A stretch of DNA of 64,000 bases from Phoronis australis. Its lineage: Eukaryota; Animalia; Phoronida. The stretch spans positions 110,277-174,276 of the forward strand of contig NMRA01000169.1 of NCBI GenBank assembly GCA_002633005.1. Direction: 5' to 3'. The translations under genes and the position numbers were made by a program. Under the pieces are notes generated by a model, which ran no database searches, was not told the DNA's origin, and worked only from the letters and a program-made list of their open reading frames with translations. Positions 1 through 11,536 of the stretch are shown here, in pieces. Position 1 is the first letter of the stretch; each line of letters starts with the position of its first letter.

Positions 1-350
1 AAGCTCAATTTTTTACCCTTTTTGATAATCGTCTGGCAGGGGCACCCCACCACTGAAATTGTTTGGCATCTAGCAGCTGTACCATGTACAGTGATGCTGA
101 ACATCGTGCAATTGGTTTCAAACGGTTACCTGGTGGGTTGATCTACCTCAACTCGGGTACTTGGGGGTGTCTGGCTGGGCTGACCCACCACTAAATTTGT
201 CTGGCAGTGTTCATTCGGGATACCTGGGCCCAAGGTGAATATTTTGCAACTGGTTTCACGCGGTTACCTCTTGGATTGATATAGCTCAATTTTTTACCTT
301 GTTTATAACCGTCTGGCTGATACTCCCCACCATTGAAATTGTCTGGCAGC
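1..350. repeat. Diverged tandem repeat, about 140-bp period, about 2.5 units visible (runs off window start)
   Basis: CCCACCAYTRAAATTGTYTGGCA-like motif recurs near 46, 184 and 326; GCAAYTGGTTTCA..CGGTTACC near 108 and 247; AGCTCAATTTTTTACC at 2 and 283. Confidence 0.7.
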
Positions 351-499
351 ATAGACTATAGTACATGGACCGCCAACTCCGTATACTTTCAATGGACGAA
401 ATCTGTTATCTTACGCATAAGCCCTTACGTCATAATTCACTGGCGACACCTGGTTAAATTTTCTGGTGCAATTTCCGGCAAGTACGTCGTCTGTTAATC

Positions 500-700
500 A
501 TGGTCGGCTACTGTGTGGCCGAAGACCCCATAATGGGTTGTGGGAAGAAAAGCTTACTTCTTGTGTCAACGTGAATGGCAGTTGTTTCAGCAATAAGACT
601 TTATACATTTGTTCAAGGCACTTCGAAGATGAATGTTTTTAAGAGACTCTGCTACTTAATCCTGTCTTCACAAATCCATTTTTGTTTTCTCCGTTTTGAT
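500..700 (+). pseudogene. Degenerate THAP zinc-finger fragment, probably from a DNA transposon
   Basis: MVGYCVA at 500, then after a frame break TLYICSRHFEDECF (about 598-640), the C..HF core of THAP domains; stops and frameshifts. Confidence 0.5.
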
Positions 701-1841
701 GAAAACTATCTGGTAAATTTTTGACGAAAATTGTCCGCTAAATTTCTTCCAAAGGTAAAGACTCGTAAACTCTTGTCCTTACGAGGAAGTTCAGCCATAG
801 TCTAGTGAGAGAATTAACCAAATTACACTTCACTGGCCCTGATCAGACGGTTAGTCTCAGCAGAATGCGCACATTTGGCCAGGATTTGGATCAGCGATTT
901 TAACTAATTCACATTCGTGTACAAATAAATAGAACGCTGGTAAAACCTTTAACATCAATAAAGATTACATTAGTACTTCTTAAATAACCACTTGAACCAG
1001 TCAAAATCTATCTCGCAATTCAACAGCAGGTAACATACTCATTTCTCGTCGAATATATGCGGCACAAAATCTCTCGACTGCAGTTTATGAAAATGCAACC
1101 AACTTCTTTGAAAACATGGAACAGGAACACCAGAGGGGTGTAAAGGTTGTTTTTATTCTTCAATGTTAAGTTTTTGTAAGCGGAAATATGTGTTTCCGCC
1201 TTAAGTCCTAACATTTCTAAACTTAAGCCTTTCAAACGAACGTTTATGACGAAAACAAAATTCTTCAACCAGTTTTGTAAAGTACTATGCCACCTGTAGG
1301 GTACATAATGAGCCAACCCGACTCCTGATGTACCAAAAGGGTCCCGTGCATAAAGGATAATAAGTAATGCCCTTCTGAAATATTACCGTATTCGCCCAAT
1401 AAGCGGCCAGAGTGTTTAGAAAAATCCGCTTCAGGAAGGGGGCTAAAGCTCCCCCCAGCCATAGTTCCGTTACGAATGCGCCGTGTTCCGAAATTGACAC
1501 TAGAAATTGGATCTGAGCCCCCCACCCCACTAAAACTGCCCACATTTTTTTTCAGCTGTATAATTTTAATTGCCGGGGTTAATTAATAATTAATTAATAA
1601 ACTCTACCTTTCCCTGCGATCTTGCCGTTTTATTTTTTGCGGTAGCCAGGGGGGTGCCTCCTGCCCCCCTAAATCCGCCTATGCGCCTACGCACCTTAAG
1701 TTATATTCAGTGCTCAAGCTTATACGGTGGGCTTTGGGCGCCTAATTACCTCTAACTTTATCACTACAGCACTGGAAAGTGCCTAAATGTGGGCGTACCT
1801 TCATCCTCCAACACAAATCCTACCGCCGGCAAACGAGCATG

Positions 1842-4420
1842 TAGCTGGGCAAATAAGTGCAGATATGCACCAGAATTGTGTAAATGATGATAAAAGCACC
1901 AAATTTTCCATGATGACTCACAAAAGCATACTTAAGAGATTTGTCTGACTAGCCACCGGAAAATCCAGATGGCAGCCATTTTTCACGATGGCCGCATTCC
2001 AATGTTTGCGATAATGATTTTCCTTGTAAATCAGTATCTACCCAACCAATTTTAGCGATCTTGGTGTCAAATATAATAGTTTTGGGTGCGCTTAATTCAT
2101 TTTGGACACTGTGAACACTTTCAATTACATATATTTTCAGGATGTAGGCAATTATACACTTTAATTCGGTCAATTTATATGATATTTGTCTGGTTGAATG
2201 CTTTGGTCATGCTGCATTTGTCTTGTATCCATAGCTGATTATATATTATGCATGGGGTGTACCAGTGTAGAGGTAGAAGTAGTACCTTTGTTTCAGCAGT
2301 CAGCCACATCCCCTGGATGGACTTCTGGCACTGGTCCTCACCGCTATGCCAACTCTCACTAATGGCTCCGAGAAGTTGTTGGTGTGCAACAATGGCCACA
2401 TCCCGGGACACTGCATTGGCTCGCAGGCAAAACTAGGTGAGAGTAACACACAAAAGGTGTGTGTGAGAACTAAAGCATGTCGACCTCTAAACATACTGAG
2501 CATGAAGCTGACGGATCATGACTTGAAGACAATGTCTGGTGAGTAATTGTCTGGCACTACCAGGGCACACTGGTGACAATTACTCCTGTGAAACTTAGCA
2601 TGGGGTTCAATGTCAGCTGAATAGGAATCTTTATTAGATATACAGTACAGCCACTGAATTTTTAGACTTCGTCCGGGCTACCTCACGCCTGGCCAGACCG
2701 GAGCGAAACCGGAACACAGGCGTGACAGAAATCAGTCACGGTCGCCTCACGCCTACTCTCCGGGTAGTCCTCACGCTTACCTCTGGTTTAGTTAACGCCT
2801 TCCTCACGCCTCGTTCACGCTTTCTCTGCGCCTCCGTCACGCTTACCTCACGCCTTCGGTAGCTGTGGTAACCATGGTAGGGCACCGGACTAATCAGTAA
2901 AAAAATACATGTAACGTCTTGATTGCCTGTCGTTTCGGTCAAGTTGCAAAGACATTATAGTATATTATAGAGTATCTTTGCAAGCCGTCATCTATCACAC
3001 TTGGGTTCCGACTAACTCTGTAATTCCACGTGTTGTTCATACAAACGTCTTCCTTCAGCTCGTCTTGTGTTACACTTACATGTACATGTTCAATTTACGA
3101 CTTAAGAGCCAGTCCAATCAACGACAAACATGTACAGTAACCACGGTTAGTAAATACGAATAAACGCGACCCTGTGCCCAGAGTCATCTTAACATGGCTG
3201 CGGACTCCTTGAAACTTGTCACAGGTGGATATGGTTAATTCGCCCAAAAAATAGCCTACGCATCTTGTGAAGTATTGTCATTCCGTAAATTTTTGTACCG
3301 CACTGGCGTACATAAAATTTTAATAGGCCGCCCTTCTGACATACCCATCCCTTACTGCAAGCAAATGTTTTGACTTAAATGTCCTGAATCCGTAGTGCAG
3401 TTATTTGTAGCCCCCCCTCCCTCCCCGTAGTGCATGCGTTTCGACTGAGTACATAGTATCCCCGGGGTACTTCTTCGCTAAAATAATTATAGCGGTCATC
3501 TGTTTGACTCGTCAAATGCATGGGCGTGATCAGTTTTCTCCGCATGATGCCGGAACTTGGGATCAATGTGCTCAGAATTGACATGCTATGCTCCTTCATA
3601 TCGTGAAGGCAATTGAATAATTCCGCCGTGTACACGCGTGTTAAGATTCTTTATTAGTTTATATAAAAACAAATAATTATATATAAGTGAAAAGCAAAGT
3701 CCACAGGTCTGTTTTCTGAAGTGACTTAAGATTTGAGACGGAAATTTTGGTCTTTTACTGCACGTGGCGATTTCAAAAAAAAATTAAACCTCACATGATA
3801 AAAAGTCTATGAGAATACAAACATCACTGCTAGTTACTGATGTAATTTTAATGAATTACTTTATCATCTGCGATGCAGGTAAACTCACGCCTAACTCACG
3901 GTAAGCTCCGGGTACAGTCACGCTTAGGCTCACGCCAGCTGTCACGGTTGATTCACGCCTCACTTTCCGGTCTGTCTCCGGTTACGGTCACGGGTGGCTA
4001 CACCGGAGAGAGTCTAATAATTCAGTGGCTGTACTGTACCTGTTTAGTGTCCCAAATGCTGCTTAATTTACCCCATCACTTAAGCAGNTAATGAAATGGG
4101 TGTTTGCAGAGTCTACATGGTTTCCACAGAATTCCAAGATGAGCCCGGTGTCTTGCCCTTGCCTTGGACGCAGTCACACAGGCGTGACACGGGTCCGGTG
4201 AACACGCATATGTAAATTGTCCGACTCTCGCCAAAATCAGTTGCCGCACAGTCTGTAGGTGCGGTGGTTTGCTACTCACTTTATGCTGCATCAAGATTTC
4301 ACACATGTGCAGAGGACATTCTTTTGAGGTTCCATACACTTCATCACACTCCATCATACTAGCAGATAACAGCAAGTCAGGATTCGCCAACCGGAACCAT
4401 TTTGCCACCACTAAATTGAC
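1842..4420 (-). mobile_element. Heavily decayed 3' part of an Academ-like DNA transposon (XPG/H3TH remnants), interrupted by a TA-TSD element
   Basis: Minus-strand remnants HA..CD..QGKGK (about 4150-4190), VDML (about 2475), HQQLL..PVPEV..GCG (about 2290-2390) parallel the C-terminal motifs of the plus-strand element at 7110-7500; 1856-2105 is a diverged reverse complement of 8085-8306; starts with TAG at 1842. Confidence 0.5.
2643..4036. mobile_element. Non-autonomous DNA transposon with about 26-bp TIRs and TA target-site duplication (Tc1/mariner-like ends)
   Basis: Left CAGTACAGCCACTGAATTTTTAGACT (2643); right end reverse-complements to CAGTACAGCCACTGAATTATTAGACT (ends 4036); TA at 2641-2642 and 4037-4038; no transposase ORF inside. 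Confidence 0.85.
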
Positions 4421-5289
4421 ACCTGTTGTTGGACACTGGGTTCACGAAAAACGCGGAATTTTAATTAAAAAGGAAAAATACCTTAAAAAATTGCGCCTGA
4501 CTTAATGACACATATCTAAATATTAATAAATCAACTTTTGAATCAAAACTATGCACTTTACTGGTGTTGTAATGTTCCAAACAGGTATCGGTATTGAAGG
4601 TAATTTCTACTCAGGTGGTTGTCGCAATCTTGCAATTTGTATAGAAAAATGTTCAGCGCCAGAAAATTTTATTGTACTAATCAACAGCAATAAGATAGAA
4701 ACGTATTGTGTAAAAGTCTGGTGTTGATCAGGGTTGTGCCAGCTGAGATATACGGGCTCAAAGTGTGGCGAAATTGCAATGCCTTCTTAACCTCTGACCC
4801 CTCTATACTTTATGCATGAAATTTTTAACTTAGCGGCAGAGTTAATAAGTATTGCATAACATCTTTGTAAAGCCGAAGACTTGTTTTATTTAAAAATTAC
4901 AAACAAATAATGATCTCGTGCGCCGATATTTTTTATTGTGCAGTGTAAATAAGGCATTTTCGGCGAGTTCGTTGCATGGCATACCCCCAAAATAGAGGCT
5001 CCCTGATTTCTCCCACTTAAACAAGGTAAAATGAGATTGGACTTTGCTGTTTTGTTTATCATCCCAAAGGTAACTGAAATACATAGTATGGTTCAAATCG
5101 GTGACATTGGGTTTATCACCTTTCTGGGCATTTTTGCCTGCTGTGAGCCGTACTTCACTCTTAAAGGGCGTTGGATTAACGATCGGGCTAGGAGTAGGGC
5201 AAAATGCATGAACCTAGTCGTATCCCATACAGTAAAGTGCCCGAGACACAAAAGGATAAATCCTCCACCCTGCGTATCATAAAATAACA

Positions 5290-7640
5290 ATGGCTTCAAG
5301 TAAAACATTTTGGAGCACCAACTGGGACAAATGTTGCATTTGTCAAACGGAGATGAAGAAAGATCTCAAGTCTCCACTTTCAAATCCTTCGAAACGGCAA
5401 GATGACGGATACAACCAGTTGGGGAAAAATATTCCTCGATTTCATTCTCTCATTGAATTGTCAATAAATCTCGATCCTGCAAGACATGACAATGGCAGCG
5501 TGATAGAGAACACTTTGAGAAAGAACAATGATCAGTACCATTCCAGATGCAGGCTGCTTTTCTGCAATACGAAGTTACAGCGAGCTGAAAAAGATCATCA
5601 GCCCTTGTAGCGGACATTAGTGACAATAGCAACAACAGCAAAGTACCAAGAAGAATCCCAAGACAACCGAATGCTTCTTGTGTGAGACAAGCTATGACCT
5701 TGAAATTGAACCACAAAATCAATGAATGTGCCAAGACTCTCAATGATGGTAAGCTCCTAGCAAAACTGAGTGCCGGAGATGCCATCGCACAGGAAGTAAA
5801 ATATCACCCAGCATGCTTGGTAGCTCTATACAACAGAGAGAGGGCATTTCTGATACCCGACTAGAAGAACGGTTGCTTTTCCACATCCCAGAATTAGAAG
5901 CTCATCACCAAGGACGAGATGTCCTTCTTGCCTTCAGGGTAGACGTGAGAGAAATTCTACCACAAGCCAGCAAATATGGTGAAGCAATCCACTTGGCCAA
6001 GGCTGTTGGGATAATACGAAGTGACATGGTAAAGCATAAAAGACCATTCAATGGCACATTCCACGATGGATGTCTTGGAAATGCTGTGCCTGACTATTGC
6101 AGATCCAGCGGTAGCTGAGCTCGTTGCAACACATCACGAGAGAGGAAAACAACAATTCAAGTTATTTGTAGAAAGCCTGGAGAGTGGAGATACAAGTGCC
6201 TTCTACCACCCCATAAAGAAGAACAAGGTTGCCTTTTTCAAACATGAGAACGTTGCCTGTAGTTCCAACGAAAAGGTCATGAAAGAAGACTGTCATTTGT
6301 TCTCCAGACTATTCATCTCCTGCCAGGTAAGAAAGTGTGATTTGCAGGAGTTCTTCGCTCATGAGAACCAGACAGCTTCTGCTTCACTCAGTTACAATGG
6401 AAAGCTTCGTGCATCCCAAAAGTCACAGCTGACATACATTCTTGAATCCGGAGTCACTCTACCAGAAAGCGAACCAGAAGGAGATACCATCATCATTGAT
6501 GGCTCAGCTCTGATCAATGCCATACATGTATCTCCGCGGAGCTCAAAGTCATTTGATGACTATGTCAAAGAAGATTTTCTGCCAAAGTTGGAGTGCTATG
6601 CTGCCAAATACGAACGGGTGGACATTGTATTTGATGTCTACCAGAAACTGAGCCAGAACCAAAACAGGACTTGGGATCAGGAGAAGATTATCAGGAAGTA
6701 TCAAGACGCCTCAAAACTGGAGAAGCTTTCTGCGAGATGATGGCAATAAGACTGAACTATTTAATTTCCTCGCAGAGAAAACGCGTGAAACTGAGACAAC
6801 AAGCACCATCATAGTGACTAAGAGGGATAATGCCATCAGCAACAGAGTGAGATCCCTAGATGCCGTGGCCCATGCTCCCATGAGGAAGCTGACACCAGAG
6901 TGTGTGTGTACCTCACAAGGTAGCATAACCATTATCATCAAAGCAAACGACACTGATGTTGTCGTCACAGCAGTGTCGACCATGCCATTCTTACAACACC
7001 ATGGGCTAGAACACTTGTGGATAGCCTATGGACAAGGAGCCGGAGCTCGGTGAATTCTTGTTCACGAGGTAGTTTCTTCAATAAGGCCGGAGAAAGTCAG
7101 CGGTATCCTTTTCTTCCATGCTTTCACAGGCTGTGATGTGGTTTCAGGTTTTCGTGGCAAAGGAAAAAAATCTGCATGGCTGACATGGGATGTGTGTGAT
7201 GATGTTACTGAAACCTTCAAGAAACTCAGCTATTGTCCGGGAGAAATTTCAGACGATGACCTGCAGAATCTAGAGAACTTCGTTGTCCTAATGTATGACA
7301 GATCCAGTGCAGCTAGTGGTGTCAACGAGGTAAGGTTGGATCTCTTTCCTCGCAAGCAGAGGACTTATGATGCGATTCCACCAACCAGAGATGCCTTGAG
7401 GGACTATGTCAAACGTGCTGCCTACCAAAGTGGGATCATCTGGAGCCAGACGACTACATGTACAAACCAGCACTCCTGCTGACTGGGGTTTGGTTCAATG
7501 TGAAGAGTCATGGACAACACCTCCACCAATAGTTGCATGCTACCAGGAATTGACCAAGTGCTGCTAAAAGAAAGGCTGCACCCTGAGGTGCAAATGTTTC
7601 TGAGCAGGACTTTCTTGTACCGCTCTGTGTAGCTGCAGTA
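5290..7640 (+). pseudogene. Frameshifted Academ-type transposon protein: Cys/His N-terminal region, XPG/PIN-like nuclease, C-terminal Cys-rich (CXC-like) zinc finger
   Basis: Motifs across frames: CCICQ..YHSRC, DAIAQEVKYHPACL, FFAHEN..SLS.NGKLR, IIDGSAL, DIVFDVY, HEEADTR, ANDTDVVV, FHAFTGCDVVSGFRGKGKKSAW (H3TH), IPPT.DAL..KRAAYQ, then KC..KKGC..RCKC..GLSCTALCSC with stops. Confidence 0.8.
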
Positions 7641-7817
7641 ACGTCGTTGTGAACGAATTCAGTAAGAGAATGAATAATAAACAATAGATTCTGAACAATA
7701 TATTATTGTGTGTTATTATTTTACCATTAATGTGATGTTCATGTTCGACTAAGTTTGTGATTTATGATTCCGTCCGTTTATTTTGTATTTGAATTGCGAG
7801 AGCATACTTCCGTTTCT

Positions 7818-8180
7818 CGTTAATAAAATGCTTTTTGATGTTGTACTTTTTGTTTAATATATTAATAGTTGCTCACATGGTGTTAAAATGCTTCTGGAAA
7901 TATTGAAAATGAATTCAGCATACCCAAAAAACATATAATTTGACAACAAGTTCATGAAAATCGGTTGGGCAGAGACAGATTTATGAGGAAAAGCATTACC
8001 GTTAATAAAATGCATTTTGATGTTGTATTTTTTGTTTAATATATTACTTGTTGCTCACATGGTGTTAAAATGCTTCTGGAAATATTAAAAATGAATTCAG
8101 CATATCAAAAAACATATAGTTTGTCAACAAGTTCATGAAAATCGGTTGGGTAGAGACAGATTTATGAGGAAAAGCATTAC
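7818..8180. repeat. Tandem duplication of about 182 bp in the Academ subterminal region
   Basis: CGTTAATAAAATGC...GAGGAAAAGCATTACC present twice (7818-8000 and 8000-8181) with few mismatches. Confidence 0.9.
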
Positions 8181-9206
8181 CCGCAAGCACCAAATTGGAT
8201 TTTTAGGTGGCTAGTCGGGCAGATCTGTTGAGTATACCTTAGGAAGTCACCATGCCAATTGTGGTGCTTGTATCATCAAATGCATGATTTTTCTACAGAG
8301 TGCACTTCCCATGCACGGTAGGTTATGACGCAGACGACTATGACGAAGACGATAGAGACGACGGATGCTGTGACAAACTTTAAGACTGGAGTCACTGCTT
8401 TAATTTAATGAGGTTGCGTTCTTAGCTACTAGCTATTGTGATTGCACGAAACTGATAAAAAGACAAAAGCAATTCAGAGCTGCAAGACAATGCGTATTCT
8501 CTTCTTTATAATAGTGTTTCAGTGTTCTTAACGTTTTGGAAAGACTGTGTTCCTAAGAACACTAGCAGTCCTGAACAGAGAGCAGTTGCTGTTCAAACAA
8601 GTGCCCTTGCATCCAAACTGTCGAAACAAGAGCTAGATCAAGAAATTTTAAAATATGAGTTTAATATTAGTGTATCGTACTGAGATGTATTTTCAGCCAC
8701 ACACGAGTTGATATTGTACTTACTTTATTGTATTGAACTGTACAGAACCTTGACTTTGCAGACGGAAGGTTACTAGACAATTTACGAAGTAACTGCAAAT
8801 ATGTCTTTCTTTGATTACCCCAATAGGCGCACTGTGATTTTGAATTTTGGGAAGGCAATAGATGTAACAAAATGGTAGGATAGAGAAAAAGGTTATAATG
8901 AAGGAAGGGTGGCGGCCATGGTGATGGTGGTCAATGTGATTGGGATGATTTCATGGTGGGTATTCAGGGGGTGGTAGAGATGGTGGTAAAAATGGCTAAA
9001 ATAGGTGTAATAGGGGAGGAAAAATCTGTCCATAGTTGTTTTTGTAGTTAAATTCGTAAGTGCAAGTTGTTAGAATTTGAGCACATGTGTGCCGATGTTT
9101 AAAAAAATCAATTTCCAAAATAAGTTTCTTGTAGTATTTGAACAAAATTTGTCACTACTTTCAAAACAGTTACATGTGTGTTCATCTATTACACTGATCA
9201 AGTATT

Positions 9207-10099
9207 TTTTTTTTTTTATTATTCTCCCAGTTCAACATAAGTAAGGACAAAGGTCTGGGATTCCCTTGCCTTACTTTACAATTCAATGAAAATAAAGTTT
9301 ACTAAGTTAAAAATATACGTGAACCGGATTTTGAAATAGATTTAACAAAAGAAAACAAAAACATACAAGACAATATAGTAGTATATGGCTCTGAAAAAAA
9401 AAGGAGGGGGGAGAGTATTTTGGAATGATAAAATATCCTTACATTGCTATCAAATTATGCATTTGTGACCACCTGTTTGTAAATTTTTCCATTTGTAAAT
9501 TTTTTGAATAAATATGTTTTTCACTGGAGTAATAACTGTTAATTTCTTTTGTTAATACAATTAAATTTGGAGGTTTACCCTTGAGACGTTGCTTATATAA
9601 ATGGAACTTGCTGAGACACAAGATTAAATTTTGAATTGGCTGGCTTCTACATCTGTTTCCAAAGAAAACTGTAAGCACATTTGTACCAAGGGAAATATTA
9701 GTTTTGTTTCTAACCCAACCTTCAACATTGTTCCAAAAATTTTGAACAACATCACATTGCCAGTATAAGTGAAGCAAAGTCTCAGGTTCAGTCTTACAAA
9801 ACGTACACAAGGGGGAGTTGGTTACCCCAATTTTGACAAGGTAAGAGTTACAGCTAATTATCCTATGTGACAGTCTAAATTGAAACCAACGAAGTTTCAC
9901 GTCAAGTGTAAAATTCAGAAAGTAGGCAAATTTCCACCATTCTGTAGTGTCAAGTATTGCAAGTTCTGCCTGCCACTTCATCTCAGACCTAGGCCGGGCA
10001 TATTTGTTTAGCACCAAAGTGTTATATATATGTTTTGTTCCCTTCTTGTCTGCAAGTAACAATTTCACAAAAATTGGGATAGAGGGTGCGTAGAAGGAA
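9207..10099 (-). mobile_element. 5'-truncated L1/Tx1-type LINE insertion with poly(A) tail and 16-bp TSD
   Basis: ORF 9439-10110(-) has the zf-RVT-like C-terminus (KLRWFQFRLSHRII..N..L..CTFC..EPETLLHLYWQC); poly-T at about 9205-9217; ACACTGATCAAGTATT at 9191-9206 and 10100-10115. Confidence 0.9.
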
Positions 10100-11411
10100 A
10101 CACTGATCAAGTATTACTGCAAACCGGGATAGATGTAAATCTGTTGTCACTTTATGGTTAAAAGAGCCGATTAAGAGAACAGTTAGACACCTACAAACAT
10201 CACCTCACAGTGGCTGTGTGAGTTACATGTCTCGGAATGACGTCACGACAAGCCAAGACAAATGTTCTATTTGTAAATAGCGCTGCATACATGCTGTAAC
10301 GGTATGTCCCAATTCACGAATAGAACGTTCAAATCACACATTCTGTATTTCGTGTTTAAAGTTGTGTTTACCCCCTTAAGTACTTTTCAAGCTTCTCGTT
10401 ATCAACCCATGAGAGTTTTCAGTCTCGAAAATGGAGTTTAAAACGTTGTACTTTACTTTACAGCATACTGTTAACATACTTAATACATCGTTGTTCTGTA
10501 CTCGTCCAGTACCACGGAAGTACCTCTAACTGATTGCTGCCAAACACGCTGGACACTTGAAATTAACGGAATTTCATTAAAGGGTTTAACCTGCATTGTC
10601 GCTACGTAAAAGAGTGAATTTTACCTTTCTAGTACGTCTAAACTGTTCCCCTTACAGAAAAATTCTAATACCTTATCTTTTGGAGTCATTGGTTTAACGC
10701 TATCCTGCTTGAGCCGTGCGTTGTCAGTTACTCGTCGAGTCCTCAAATTCACATGTACGCAATTAGCTGACACGTCACAAGGTGACGCTTATGCGCTCCA
10801 TATACGTGCGTACATCCACGTACATGTGTGTAAGCTAAATATGAGCTTGGTAGTGGTGATGTAATTTTATGACTGACTAGTGCGTACTGGATGGTTGTCA
10901 ATATTAGGAAATAAAAACAGCGGGATATCTGAATCATAGGCGCACATATCTTCTGCCACATCCTAGTCAAGATATGGAATGGGAGAAAGTAACTTATATT
11001 GGTACTCGAATTTGTGACCATAGCTAAAAGTCAATCAAAACATTCCACATTGGGCATCATGTAAAGAGGAGGTCATAACAGCCTAAACAGCGCTCAGGAT
11101 GAAATTTTAAAGCTGTTGGATAAAGTTGATCGTTGCATAAAAAGAGTCTTTAAGAATGACGATCTTTTTAGAGCTCAAGGTTAATTACAAATTAATGTGT
11201 ATCTGAAACCTGGCTTTTTTGAAGTAATTATCATAATTACGACACACCTCTTCTTTAAACTGATAAATCTTGTAAATGTTGATGTCGTCAACTTGACGAA
11301 ACACAATGAATAATTCTCGGGTGTGAGCATGTCATGGGAATAATATAAACGCAGTACTTGAGCAATACCATCGATCGATTTTACACTTATATGACACGCC
11401 TTATAGTAGGC

Positions 11412-11536
11412 TATATAAAACGTTCATTTTGTTTGTGCAAGGATTGCCACAATCTGTCAAAGAGCTTTTCGTGATTTCCTGAGCTTTGTTACAAGATCTG
11501 GATAACTTATTTTACTCGCTGAGACTCACGGTAAGT
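11412..11536 (+). promoter_or_regulatory. Candidate TATA box plus short non-coding first exon ending in a consensus splice donor (possible 5' exon of the channel gene at 18284)
   Basis: TATATAAAA at 11412-11420; CACG|GTAAGT donor at 11530/11531; a matching strong acceptor lies at 18165. Linkage between them is inferred. Confidence 0.45.

Larger units (their letters stand above)
4420..8320 (+). mobile_element. Degenerate, internally deleted Academ (AcademX-like) DNA transposon; left boundary approximate
   Basis: Fragmented coding region 5290-7640 followed by a subterminal tandem duplication and an end related to 1842-2170. Confidence 0.7.
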
